A stretch of DNA of 64,000 nucleotides. Source: an uncultured Oscillospiraceae bacterium (GTDB lineage Bacteria; Bacillota; Clostridia; Christensenellales; Aristaeellaceae). Numbering within the stretch: position 1 is the first letter of the stretch; each line of letters opens with the position of its first letter. The DNA is taken from contig CAYQCL010000001.1 in the NCBI GenBank assembly GCA_964416065.1, positions 18,615 through 82,614 on the forward strand, read 5' to 3'. Of this stretch, positions 45,070 through 54,579 are shown piece after piece. Position numbers and translations under genes: made by a program. Below the pieces are notes generated by a model that did not search any database, was not told where the DNA came from, and saw only the letters and a program-made list of their open reading frames with translations.

Positions 45070-45927
45070 ATGAATGTTCCCATGGCGGCGTTTCTCGGCT
45101 TGATTCAAGGCGTCGCGGAGTTTTTGCCTATCTCGTCCAGCGGACACCTGAACCTTTTGCAGGCGCTTTTCGGCGTCAACGTCGAGCATCAGCTTCTGTT
45201 CAACATCCTTCTGCATGTGGGCACGCTGGCGGCGGTCGCCGTCGTATTCTGGCGGGACTGGATCGAAATGATCAAGCATCCCATCAAGAATCAGACGCTT
45301 TTGCTGCTGATTATCGCGTCGCTTCCGGCGCTGGTGGCGAAGGTTCTTTTTGATGATCCGCTGGATTATCTTGAAACGCATAATGTGCTTCTTGGCGTAT
45401 GCTTTCTGGTCACCGGCCTCATGCTGGTGCTGACGCAGCGTCTTTCGCAGCGTCATGCCCGTCTCGGCGTGGAAAAGCGGCGGGTGGGGCTATTAGAGGC
45501 GTTGGTGATGGGCTGTCTGCAGGCCGTAGGCATGCTGCCGGGCGTCAGCCGCAGCGGCAGCACCATCTTTGGCGGCGTCTGCGCAAAGGTCGATCGTGAG
45601 GCAGCGGCCAAATTCAGCTTCATGATGAGCGCGCCGGCGATCGTGGGCGGTCTGTTCAGCGAGGGCATGTCCATCATGAAGGAGGGCGTGAGCATCGGCT
45701 CCGATCTGCCGGCGATTTTGGTCGGCATGGTGGTGGCGGGTATAAGCGGATATTTCGCGATTCGCTTCTTTCTCAGACTCATCAGCAAGGCGTCGCTCAA
45801 CGGCTTTGCGTTGTATGTGACGCTGCTCGGCATCATCGTGATCATTTTGCAGCTGACCGGCGTGCTGACTGACGCGCCCGTTCGGGCCGAGGGCACGTTG
45901 ACGGCGCTGCGCACCCTTCTGGGATAA
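45070..45927 (+). CDS. uppP: undecaprenyl-diphosphate phosphatase
   Basis: Reads GLIQGVAEFLPISSSGHL and PGVSRSGSTI, the BacA motifs. Confidence 0.9.
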   Translation: MNVPMAAFLGLIQGVAEFLPISSSGHLNLLQALFGVNVEHQLLFNILLHVGTLAAVAVVFWRDWIEMIKHPIKNQTLLLLIIASLPALVAKVLFDDPLDYLETHNVLLGVCFLVTGLMLVLTQRLSQRHARLGVEKRRVGLLEALVMGCLQAVGMLPGVSRSGSTIFGGVCAKVDREAAAKFSFMMSAPAIVGGLFSEGMSIMKEGVSIGSDLPAILVGMVVAGISGYFAIRFFLRLISKASLNGFALYVTLLGIIVIILQLTGVLTDAPVRAEGTLTALRTLLG

Positions 45928-46958
45928 TGGATCTGCGGGAATGGAAAGGCCGCGTTCTTTGCGGGCAGTACCTGACCAAGCGCGCGGAGCCGGTCGCGGT
46001 CTGCCGGGGGCTTAATGGGATTCAGGCGCAATTCCCCATGGCCGCGCTACATGCGCTGCGCATCCGTTCGGAGGAATCCGTGCAAGAGAGAGACGAACGG
46101 CTTGTCAAAAGCTGGACGCTTCGGGGCACGATGCATCTGTTTCCTTTGGAGGATCTTTCCCTGTATTTACATCAGGGTCGAAAGCATGTTCTTCGTCCCG
46201 TCGATCAGATGATGGAGGACGAGTTCATTACGCTTGAACGCAAACAATATTTTACAAATATTTTACTGGAAGCGATCGACCAGGGAATCGTCCAAAGGGA
46301 CGAGCTACGCGCACATTGCCTGTCCAAGGGGATGACGGAGAGCGAAGGGGAGAGCGTCTTCAACGCCTGGGGCGGGTTGATCCGCTGCCTGGCCGAGCGG
46401 GGAGAAATTTGCTATTGCGCCTCCGTCGAAAAGACGCTTATGCGCTGTCCTACCTTTATTCCCATGGAGGCACGGGACGCGGAGCTTGAAATGGCGAGAC
46501 GCTACTTTCAGCATTGCGGCCCCGCAACCATAAGGGATGCGGCATACTTTTTCGGAGTGCCGCAGCGCACGGTCAAGGAATGGCTCAAGGAGCTTCCCGT
46601 GCGAACAGTCCAGGTCGACGACCGGACAGGCTGGGTGCTTGAGGATGGCCTGAGCGATTGGCTGGAGATCCCCGCATGCCTGTTTCTGGCGGGCTTTGAT
46701 CCGCTGATGCTGAGCTATGAAAAGAAGGAAAGCCCATTTTTGCCACCTGAGTATCTGCGCGGAATTTTCAGCCTCGCCGGGATCGTTTCCCCAGCGATCC
46801 TGCTTGACGGGAAGGTCGCGGGACGTTGGCGGCTGAAGGACAAAAAGCTTACGCTTACTGCGTTCCGGCAGCTTAGGACGTCCGAAAAGAAGGCGGCGGC
46901 TCGAGCGGCAGAGGCATTGTGGGGAGAACTCAAAAAGATTGTGTGGGAAGAAAAATAA
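45927..46958 (+). CDS. winged-helix YcaQ/AlkZ-family protein (DUF1006; DNA crosslink-repair glycosylase family)
   Basis: Reads GLNGIQAQFPMAALHALRIR, SWTLRGTMHLF and GKVAGRWRLK. The ATG overlaps the uppP stop (TAATG). Confidence 0.7.
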   Translation: MDLREWKGRVLCGQYLTKRAEPVAVCRGLNGIQAQFPMAALHALRIRSEESVQERDERLVKSWTLRGTMHLFPLEDLSLYLHQGRKHVLRPVDQMMEDEFITLERKQYFTNILLEAIDQGIVQRDELRAHCLSKGMTESEGESVFNAWGGLIRCLAERGEICYCASVEKTLMRCPTFIPMEARDAELEMARRYFQHCGPATIRDAAYFFGVPQRTVKEWLKELPVRTVQVDDRTGWVLEDGLSDWLEIPACLFLAGFDPLMLSYEKKESPFLPPEYLRGIFSLAGIVSPAILLDGKVAGRWRLKDKKLTLTAFRQLRTSEKKAAARAAEALWGELKKIVWEEK

Positions 46959-47086
46959 CGGGGCGCCTGTGCTAATTTTCATAAAATCATTACGAAATGG
47001 AAGATTCTATTCTGTTCAAGAAAATTGAAAATCGGATAGCGTGGTAATTTCATATTTCATACCAACTTTCGTACTTCCCCGCCCGA

Positions 47087-47785
47087 TTATTGCATCAGAT
47101 CAATCAGCTGCATGACGGTTGGCTCGGCGCTCAGACGCTGTTCGCAGATCGCAAGCGCATCTTGAAACCCCTCGGTTGCGAGAAAGCCCTTCGACATGTT
47201 GTACGCGACATCCCTCTTTGCGGAGAACTCAAAGGGTTTTTGCGCGGAATCAAACCGACCCCAGGAGAGATTTGATTCGAGGGAAACATCGGAAACCGTG
47301 ACGGAAATGTGAATGTGTTCGTCAGGGACAGACTCGTTTGAGATACCCAACGTTGAAAGCAGATTCGAAACGGCCTCCGAAGAAGACAGAAGCGGATGAA
47401 GCATGCCCAGGATGTCGGAAAGCGCCAAGGGCTTTTCGGAGCCGGCCACCATGCTTAGAAGCGTCAGCATGGAATCTCCCTTAGAGATGAAGCCGCAGGT
47501 CTGAGCATCGGACAGGGAATATCGAGACTTGCCGCTTCGATATTCCGCTTGCAGGCTCATAAGCGCTTCGTCCTGAGAAAAGAGCGCGACCTCAAGCCAG
47601 ACCTCCGTCCGCGTTTCATTCATGCCGAGCGTTACCGTTAGCTGGGGAGCGAGCTCGACGCTTTGTCCATTCCCCGCGGCCTAAAGCTCCGTGAATCGCA
47701 GCGCCCATCCGTCATACTCCTTTTCCGCGTGAGCGGCGCCAAAGCAGAAAAGAAGAACCAGCAACAGGATTAGGCAGCGTTTCAT
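47087..47785 (-). pseudogene. secreted hypothetical protein interrupted by an in-frame TAG at codon 35
   Basis: ATG 47785 (AGGAGG 7 nt upstream) gives MKRCLILLLVLLFCFGAAHAEKEYDGWALRFTEL, then TAG (rc of 47681-47683). The same frame continues AAGNGQSVELAPQLTVTLG-MNETRTEVWLEV... into the listed 178-aa ORF (47087..47623). Confidence 0.55.
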
Positions 47786-47805
47786 TTCTGATCCTCCTAA
47801 GCGGC

Positions 47806-49200
47806 TTAATACTCCGCGCTGCCAGTGGTACGAGGGAAGGGCAGAACGTCTCGGATGTTCTGCATGCCCGTCAGGTACATGACCAGACGCTCAAAGCCCA
47901 GGCCAAAGCCCGCGTGCGGCGTCGTGCCGTAGCGGCGGGTGTCGAGATAGAAGGCATAATCCTCCTCGCGCATGCCCAGCTCGTTGATGCGGCTTTTGAG
48001 AACGTCGAGGCGCTCCTCACGCTGGCTACCGCCGATCAGCTCGCCCACGCCGGGAACCAGCAGATCAACCGCTGCGACGGTCTTCTGATCCTCGTTCATG
48101 CGCATATAAAACGCCTTGATCTCCTTGGGATAGTTGTAGACGAACACGGGACGGCCAAAGTGCTTTTCACTCAGATAGCGTTCGTGCTCGGTCTGCAAAT
48201 CCATGCCCCACTCCACGGGATAGTCAAACCTCTGGCCGCTGGCCTTGAGAATGTCGATGGCCTCGGTGTAGGTGCAGCGGGCAAAGTCGCTGTTGACGAT
48301 TGCGGTCAGACGGTCGATAAGCCCCTTCTCTACAAAGCTGTTGAGAAAGGCCATCTCCTCCGGAGCCTTGGCGAGAATGTTTGAAATCACATATTTAAGC
48401 ATATCCTCGGCCAGCACCATGTCGTCAAACAGATCAGCGAAGGCAATTTCCGGCTCAACCATCCAGAATTCGGCGGCATGACGCGGGGTATAGCTTTTTT
48501 CCGCGCGGAAGGTGGGACCAAAGGTATATACGTTGCGGAAGGCCATGCAATAGGTTTCGACGTTGAGCTGGCCGCTCACCGTGAGATTCGCCTGCTTGCC
48601 GAAGAAATCCTCGCTGTAATCTGGCTTGCCGTCCTCAGTCATGGGCAGCTTGTCCAAAGGCAGCGTCGTCACCTGGAACATTTCGCCCGCGCCCTCGCAA
48701 TCGCTGGTGGTGATGATGGGCGTGTGGACATAGACGAAGCCGCGCTCGGCAAAGAAGGCATGCAGAAGCTGCGCCGCCAGCGAGCGGATGCGGAACACCG
48801 CGTAGAACGTATTGGTGCGCGGGCGGAGATGCGCGATAGTGCGCAGAAATTCAAAGGTGTGGCGCTTCTTTTGCAGCGGATATTCCGGCGCGCACATGCC
48901 CAGCACCTCAATCCTTTTAGCCTTCAGCTCAAAGGGCTGCTTCATGCCAGGGGTCAGAACCAGCTCCCCGGTGGCCCGGATGGCGCTGCCTAAGGTGATC
49001 TTGACCGCGTCCGCGAAATTCTCGGTCGTGCCGTCCTCCAGCACAAGCTGAAGATTTTTGAAATAGGTGCCGTCGTTAAGCTCGATGAAGCCTAAAACCT
49101 TGCTGTCACGTACCGTGCGCACCCAGCCGGAAACGGTGCATTCCTTGATGCCCTCTGTCAGATCCTGCGAAAAAAGATTGCGAATACTCATATCCGCCAT
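47806..49200 (-). CDS. asnS: asparagine--tRNA ligase
   Basis: 464 aa with an OB-fold N-terminus ([21 protein letters not shown]) and class II motifs (FRAE.., [12 protein letters not shown]). Confidence 0.95.
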   Translation of the reverse strand: MADMSIRNLFSQDLTEGIKECTVSGWVRTVRDSKVLGFIELNDGTYFKNLQLVLEDGTTENFADAVKITLGSAIRATGELVLTPGMKQPFELKAKRIEVLGMCAPEYPLQKKRHTFEFLRTIAHLRPRTNTFYAVFRIRSLAAQLLHAFFAERGFVYVHTPIITTSDCEGAGEMFQVTTLPLDKLPMTEDGKPDYSEDFFGKQANLTVSGQLNVETYCMAFRNVYTFGPTFRAEKSYTPRHAAEFWMVEPEIAFADLFDDMVLAEDMLKYVISNILAKAPEEMAFLNSFVEKGLIDRLTAIVNSDFARCTYTEAIDILKASGQRFDYPVEWGMDLQTEHERYLSEKHFGRPVFVYNYPKEIKAFYMRMNEDQKTVAAVDLLVPGVGELIGGSQREERLDVLKSRINELGMREEDYAFYLDTRRYGTTPHAGFGLGFERLVMYLTGMQNIRDVLPFPRTTGSAEY

Positions 49201-49223
49201 GGATATGCCTCCTTCGTTTGGGT

Positions 49224-50177
49224 TTATTTTTGGGGACGTCCCAGCATGGCCGCGCCAATCATGCCGGCGTCGGCGCCCAGACGGGCAATCTCGATGCGGG
49301 AGTAGGGCAGCGTCTTATAGAGCAGATAGCGCGGGATACGTTCACGCACGGCGTTCAGCAGAAAATCGCCCGCTTTGCTTACGCCGCCGCCCAGAACGAT
49401 CATTTCGGGGTCAAGGAAGGCAATGATGGTGTAGATCGCCTTGCAGAGGTAATCCACGTAGTGATGGAATACCGACATGGCCACGTCGTCAAGCGCCTTG
49501 GCTGCGTCAAAGACCATCTTGGCGGTCAGCTTGTTCACATCGCCTCCACAAAGATCGTAGATCATGCAGTCCGGATGCTGGAGCACCATCTGCTTGCCCA
49601 TGCGGATAATCGCGGTCGCACTGCAATAGCGCTCCAGACAGCCGTAATTACCGCAGGAACAAGGCTCCCCGCCGATGTCCATGGGGATGTGGCCGATTTC
49701 ACTTCCGACGCCATGGAAGCCGCTCCACGGCCGGCCATCGATTACGATGCCGCCGCCCACACCGGTGCCCAGCGTCATAAACACGCTGGAATGGCAGCCC
49801 GCGCTCACGCCGCAGACGCTCTCCGCGAAGCCTGCGACAGTCGCGTCATTGTCGATGAAGACGGGCTTATTCAGGTACTTTTGCAGCTCGTCGCGCAGGG
49901 GGACGTCCGTCCAGCCCAGGTTGGTACAAAAGATTACACGGCCCGTTTTCGCGTCCGCAACGCCGGGAATCCCCACGCCAATGGCCGCCACGTCGTCCGC
50001 CGTGAAGCCGCCCTCGGCCATTACGCGCAGCGCGCACTCACCCATGTCGCGGACGATGTCCTCAAAGGGACGCCCCGCGAGCGTCGGTGTCTCGCCCTGC
50101 TGAAGGATGACGCCGTTTTCATCCACAACACCAATCTTGATACCGGTGCCGCCAAGATCAACGCCAATGTATACCAT
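49224..50177 (-). CDS. glcK: ROK-family glucokinase
   Basis: Reads [13 protein letters not shown] and the ROK zinc motif [21 protein letters not shown]. Confidence 0.85.
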   Translation of the reverse strand: MVYIGVDLGGTGIKIGVVDENGVILQQGETPTLAGRPFEDIVRDMGECALRVMAEGGFTADDVAAIGVGIPGVADAKTGRVIFCTNLGWTDVPLRDELQKYLNKPVFIDNDATVAGFAESVCGVSAGCHSSVFMTLGTGVGGGIVIDGRPWSGFHGVGSEIGHIPMDIGGEPCSCGNYGCLERYCSATAIIRMGKQMVLQHPDCMIYDLCGGDVNKLTAKMVFDAAKALDDVAMSVFHHYVDYLCKAIYTIIAFLDPEMIVLGGGVSKAGDFLLNAVRERIPRYLLYKTLPYSRIEIARLGADAGMIGAAMLGRPQK

Positions 50178-50196
50178 ATCAGAAGCCTCCTTTATA

Positions 50197-51120
50197 TCAG
50201 GTATTGTTGCTGTTTGCGATCAATTCGTTAAGACGGCGATCCAGCTCATGCGCCGCGCTGTATCCCATGCGCTTCAGGCTCAGATTCCGCGCGGCCACCT
50301 CGATAATAATGGCCAGATTTCGTCCAGGCTTGACAGGCATAATTTGATAGGGAACCTTGACGCCAAGAATGGTGATGGTCTCCTCCGTCAGGCCCAGCCG
50401 GTCGTATTCCTTCGCGGAATCCCAGCGCTCCATATGGATTACCATGTCGATTGACTTGCTTAAAATAACGGAGCCGACGCCATACATGGCACGGATGTCA
50501 ATGATACCGATGCCTCGGATCTCCATGAAATGGCGCACCATTTCCGGCGATTCGCCGATCAATCGGTCGTCGGCCACACGGCAGATATCGACCACGTCGT
50601 CCGCCGCCAGCTGATGGCCGCGCTTGACCAGTTCCAAAGCGGCCTCGCTCTTGCCCACGCCGCTTTCACCGGTCAGCAGAATGCCCACACCATAGACATC
50701 CACCAGCACACCGTGGCGCGTGACATGAGGCGCGAGCACGCGGTTGAGATACATGATGGCCTGAAGAGTGAATTTCGTCGTTTTCAGCTTGCTTTGGAAG
50801 ACCGGAATATCATGCGCTTTGGCGATTTCCAACAGTTCCCGGGGAGGATCCATGCCCCAGCAGACCACGATACAGGGGATGGAGTAGCCCATGTATCTTT
50901 CCAAAACGCTGCGCCGCTTTTCCGGTTCCAGAGATTCCAGATAGGTCATCTCAACCTTACCGATGACCTGCGGGCGCTCATAGGCAAAGTATTCATAAAA
51001 ACCGCAGAACTGCATGCCAGGACGGTTGATGTCCGTTACCTCGATGTCCATTTCCGTTTTGTCCGTCTCAGAAAGCAGCTCCAAATTGAGCTTGACGCGA
51101 AAATCCTCCAAATCGATCAT
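50197..51120 (-). CDS. hprK: HPr kinase/phosphorylase
   Basis: Starts at MIDLEDF (51120, overlapping the upstream stop by 1 nt). It has Walker A GESGVGKSE and the signature MEIRGIGIIDI. Confidence 0.9.
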   Translation of the reverse strand: MIDLEDFRVKLNLELLSETDKTEMDIEVTDINRPGMQFCGFYEYFAYERPQVIGKVEMTYLESLEPEKRRSVLERYMGYSIPCIVVCWGMDPPRELLEIAKAHDIPVFQSKLKTTKFTLQAIMYLNRVLAPHVTRHGVLVDVYGVGILLTGESGVGKSEAALELVKRGHQLAADDVVDICRVADDRLIGESPEMVRHFMEIRGIGIIDIRAMYGVGSVILSKSIDMVIHMERWDSAKEYDRLGLTEETITILGVKVPYQIMPVKPGRNLAIIIEVAARNLSLKRMGYSAAHELDRRLNELIANSNNT

Positions 51121-51923
51121 CAGGCGCCCTCCTTGAGAACATGTTCGCAGACAAAATGCGCCAGCCCATCCTCGGTATTGGGAAGGCACACATAGGCGGC
51201 GGCTTTTTGTACCTCCGGCCTGGCGTTGCCCACGGCTACGCTGTGCGGGGTGAATTGCAGCATGCTTACATCATTCAGACTGTCTCCAAAAACCAGAGTA
51301 TGCTCCGGAATGATGTGGATGCGCGCGGCCAGCCGTCTGAGCGCCTCCCCTTTGGACGCGCCGATCGGCTCCGCCTCGAGAAAATATGGCTTGCTGACCG
51401 TAAAGGTAGAACGTCCCTTGAAGCGTTCGTTCGCGATGGGATAGAGACGTCGAACCTCGTCCGGCTCGTTGACGCTCAAGACCTTGGGCGTGGAAAAATT
51501 GAGGAAGGAGACGAGATCACCCACGGCGATGCCCTTCATGCCGGAGGATTTCTTGTAGCGCCGCGCAATGTCGCATTCGGCGGAATAGTAAAACTCCTGA
51601 TCGTGATAGACCTGGACATAGAAGCCGTTTTCAATGAGAAAGGCGCAGATTTCACGAGCCGTTTCCGCGTCAAACGTAATCTGCTCAAGCACCTGATGGT
51701 CGGCTCCGATGATCTCCGAGCCGTTTCCGCCGATATAGGGCAGACCCGTGTCGAGCCGTTTCATAAAGGGCAGCAGGCTGGCGTGTGTGCGGCCGCTGGC
51801 GGGAATGAAGCGGATGCCGCGCCGCTTGCATTTTTCAATGACCTCCAGGGTATAGGGGCTGATTTGTCCCTCGCCATCCAAAAGCGTATCATCCATGTCG
51901 GTCACAATGGTATCAATCGTCAT
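51120..51923 (-). CDS. Cof-type HAD-IIB family hydrolase
   Basis: Contains the DxD motif IVTDMDDTLL, then ASGR, then GDSLNDVSM. Confidence 0.85.
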   Translation of the reverse strand: MTIDTIVTDMDDTLLDGEGQISPYTLEVIEKCKRRGIRFIPASGRTHASLLPFMKRLDTGLPYIGGNGSEIIGADHQVLEQITFDAETAREICAFLIENGFYVQVYHDQEFYYSAECDIARRYKKSSGMKGIAVGDLVSFLNFSTPKVLSVNEPDEVRRLYPIANERFKGRSTFTVSKPYFLEAEPIGASKGEALRRLAARIHIIPEHTLVFGDSLNDVSMLQFTPHSVAVGNARPEVQKAAAYVCLPNTEDGLAHFVCEHVLKEGA

Positions 51924-52390
51924 TCAAGAGTTCCTCCTTGTTGGCGTCGCCGCGCGAAAAAACGCTGCATAAGCGCGGCGGCTTCCTCGCCGAGCAGCCC
52001 GCCTACGCAGGACAGGCGATGGTAAAAGGCGGGGTCGTTGGTCAGGGCGTAGACGCTTTCCGCGCATCCCTGTCTCTCATCCCGTGCGCCGAAATAGCAG
52101 GCATCCAGACACGCCATCACAAGCGCGCCCGCGCACATGGGACAGGGCTCCAGCGTCACGTAGAGCGTGCAGCCCGTCAGTCTCCGACTTCCCAAGATCC
52201 GCGCGGCCGCCCGAATGGCCAGAAGCTCAGCGTGCGCCGTGGGGTCGTTAAACTGCTCGCGCAGGTTATGCGCCCGAGCGATGACACGGCCCTGATAGAC
52301 GATGACCGCGCCAACAGGGATTTCATCCTCTCTGAACGCCTGCTCCGCCTCGGCAAGCGCAAGGCGCATCATTCGCTCATGCTCGCTCAT
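51920..52390 (-). CDS. tadA: tRNA adenosine(34) deaminase
   Basis: Reads HAELLAIRAA and PCPMCAGAL, the CDA zinc motifs. Confidence 0.9.
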   Translation of the reverse strand: MSEHERMMRLALAEAEQAFREDEIPVGAVIVYQGRVIARAHNLREQFNDPTAHAELLAIRAAARILGSRRLTGCTLYVTLEPCPMCAGALVMACLDACYFGARDERQGCAESVYALTNDPAFYHRLSCVGGLLGEEAAALMQRFFARRRQQGGTLE

Positions 52391-54306
52391 ACGGCGGTCT
52401 CCTCAACCGCGCCGCGGGATCTGGCGGCGCCGTTAACCGCGTCCGGCTCACGGAAGGTGGGTACCAGCTCGTGCAGGCAGGCTCGCATATCGCCATCCTC
52501 GTCCAGGCACGCCTTCAAACGCCCCAGCATCCGATCCAGCGAGGCCATATCGATCAGCTCCGGCTTGGCGATAAAAATCTTCTCGTTTCCGGTCTTCGCG
52601 ATACCCTCGCCCGCCAGCAAAAGCTCCTCATAGAGCTTTTCCCCTGGACGAAGGCCGGTATAGACAATCTCCACCTTATGACCGTCGCGCGGCGCATAGA
52701 GCTGGATCATGCGCTCAGCCAGCTCGCGGATCTTGACGGGGCGGCCCATGTCCAGAATAAACAGCTCGCCGCCCTTGGCGATGGAGGCGGCCTGGAGCAC
52801 GAGGCTCGCCGCCTCGGGGATAGTCATAAAATAACGGATGATATCGGGATGGGTGAGCGTGACCGGCCCGCCCGAGCGGATCTGCCGCTCAAAGCGCGGT
52901 ACAACGCTGCCATGCGAACCCAGGACATTGCCGAAACGGACAGCGGTAAATTCCGTATCCGTCTGCGCGTTCTGCGCCTCGATGATCATTTCGGCCAGCC
53001 GCTTGGTCACGCCCATGATATTGGTGGGATTGACCGCCTTGTCGGTGGAAATGAGCACAAAGCGTTCCACATGATGCCTGACGGCGACCTGCGTGGTCAG
53101 CCAGGTGCCAAAGACATTGTTTTGAACCGCCTGTTCGGGGCAGTCCTCCATCAGTGGGACATGCTTGTGCGCGGCCGCGTGCAAAACGATCTGCGGCTGA
53201 TATAGGGAAAAGATTTCATCCATGCGCCGCTCGTCGCGGATGGAGCCGACGCAGAGGATGAGCTTGTCCTTCAGGGATGCGCCATATTGGAGCTCCAGCT
53301 CGCTGAACAGGTCGTACATATAGTTTTCACTGATGTCATACAATACGATCCTGGCGGGCTCGAGCGGCAGCAAACGGCGGCAAAGCTCGCTGCCGATAGA
53401 GCCGCCGCCGCCCGTGATCAGCACCGTCTTTCCATGGAAGAAGGCTGCGGCCTGCGTCATATCAAGCTGCTCCTCGGGACGACCGAGAAGATCGTTGATG
53501 TTGATGTCGCGCAGACGGTTGGGAGAGGCGCCGGCGACCTCCTGGAGCGGATTGACGCGCCGCACGCGGCAGCCGGTGGCAAGGCATTTTTCGATCAGTG
53601 GCTTGAGATCACCCTTCGGCGTCGCGATGGCGATGATGATTTCGTCAATAAGGTAATCGCTTGCAAGCTTCAAAATATTTCCGGAGCCGCGTACAACAGG
53701 AACGCCGCTCAGCTCCGAGCCGGTACGGATTCGGTCGTCGTCCACCACAAGGACGGGCACGCGTTTGCCATAGCTGCCTCGCTGCATCTCATGCACCAGG
53801 CTCGCGCCAACCCAACCCGCGCCAATAATCATCACACGGCGCATGTCGTCCCTGGGCAGCCGAAAAATGGAAAGCGGCTCCTTGGAGGAAAGAAAGCGAT
53901 ACATCAGACGGGAGCCGCCCACCAGGGCCATGCAAATGATCCAGAACAGCAGATAGACCAATCTATGGAGCCTGAACAGATTGGACGGCTTGACAAACAG
54001 GTTGGCAACCAAGGAAAAGAGATAGGTAAGCGCCGCGCCAAAAAGCGTCGCCAGCGCGATACGCAGGATATCGTTAGCGGAGGCGTACTGCCACATGGTG
54101 CGGTACATGCCGAAGAAAGCAAAGGTGATCAGACAGATCAGCGTCATAAAGGGCGCGACGCGGAAGGAAATGTCGAAAAAGTCGTAGGAGATATTGGAGG
54201 AATAGCGAAGCAGCTGCGCCAAAATCAGCGCGGCGTTAAGCAAAATCACATCGGTCAGCACCCACAAAAGCGTGCGCACCGTCTTTGACGTTTTTGGAGA
54301 AGTCAC
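52387..54306 (-). CDS. polysaccharide biosynthesis protein, CapD/PglF-like membrane-anchored NDP-sugar 4,6-dehydratase
   Basis: Has N-terminal TM helices, two Rossmann segments (IIGAGWVGASL; LITGGGGSIGSEL) and YGVTKRLAE-type (MGVTKRLAEM) catalytic residues. I place the start at GTG 54306 (GGGAGG 7 nt upstream). The ATG at 54351 lies inside the predicted -10 box. Confidence 0.85.
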   Translation of the reverse strand: MTSPKTSKTVRTLLWVLTDVILLNAALILAQLLRYSSNISYDFFDISFRVAPFMTLICLITFAFFGMYRTMWQYASANDILRIALATLFGAALTYLFSLVANLFVKPSNLFRLHRLVYLLFWIICMALVGGSRLMYRFLSSKEPLSIFRLPRDDMRRVMIIGAGWVGASLVHEMQRGSYGKRVPVLVVDDDRIRTGSELSGVPVVRGSGNILKLASDYLIDEIIIAIATPKGDLKPLIEKCLATGCRVRRVNPLQEVAGASPNRLRDININDLLGRPEEQLDMTQAAAFFHGKTVLITGGGGSIGSELCRRLLPLEPARIVLYDISENYMYDLFSELELQYGASLKDKLILCVGSIRDERRMDEIFSLYQPQIVLHAAAHKHVPLMEDCPEQAVQNNVFGTWLTTQVAVRHHVERFVLISTDKAVNPTNIMGVTKRLAEMIIEAQNAQTDTEFTAVRFGNVLGSHGSVVPRFERQIRSGGPVTLTHPDIIRYFMTIPEAASLVLQAASIAKGGELFILDMGRPVKIRELAERMIQLYAPRDGHKVEIVYTGLRPGEKLYEELLLAGEGIAKTGNEKIFIAKPELIDMASLDRMLGRLKACLDEDGDMRACLHELVPTFREPDAVNGAARSRGAVEETAV

Positions 54307-54349
54307 ACAGCCGCCTCCCAGCCTATCATGGCAATTTACATACGCTTTC

Positions 54350-54377
54350 ATTATACCACAGAAAGCGACAGATGCAA
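54350..54377 (-). promoter_or_regulatory. candidate promoter TTGCAT-16-(TGg)TATAAT for the capD..asnS string
   Basis: On the minus strand, -35 is the rc of 54372-54377 and the extended -10 TGGTATAAT is the rc of 54350-54358. Confidence 0.5.
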
Positions 54378-54502
54378 GGAGGGAAGTGTGTCAGGAAACG
54401 CTTCCCAATGGTGATCCGCCAGCCAAACGGAACGCTGAATTTTTCCCCAAATGGGTACTAAGCGCTTCAATCATGATCATGCGCTAAGCGAAGGCACACA
54501 AC

Positions 54503-54543
54503 AAAAAAAGGGGATGCGGGCCGGCTGGGCCTTCCCGCATCCC
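54503..54543 (-). terminator. intrinsic terminator after the FMN-binding protein gene
   Basis: The minus strand reads GGGATGCGGG-N13-CCCGCATCCCC followed by TTTTTTT (rc of 54503-54509). Confidence 0.8.
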
Positions 54544-54579
54544 TCGCGTTTGACTGTAAGTGTTGCAAGTCTCCGTGGC

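Noticed and set aside
47681-47683. In-frame TAG considered as a pyrrolysine or otherwise recoded codon
   Set aside because: There are no pyl genes or methylamine methyltransferase context in the window. Other genes here end in TAG, TAA and TGA normally. A nonsense mutation or sequencing error is far more likely.
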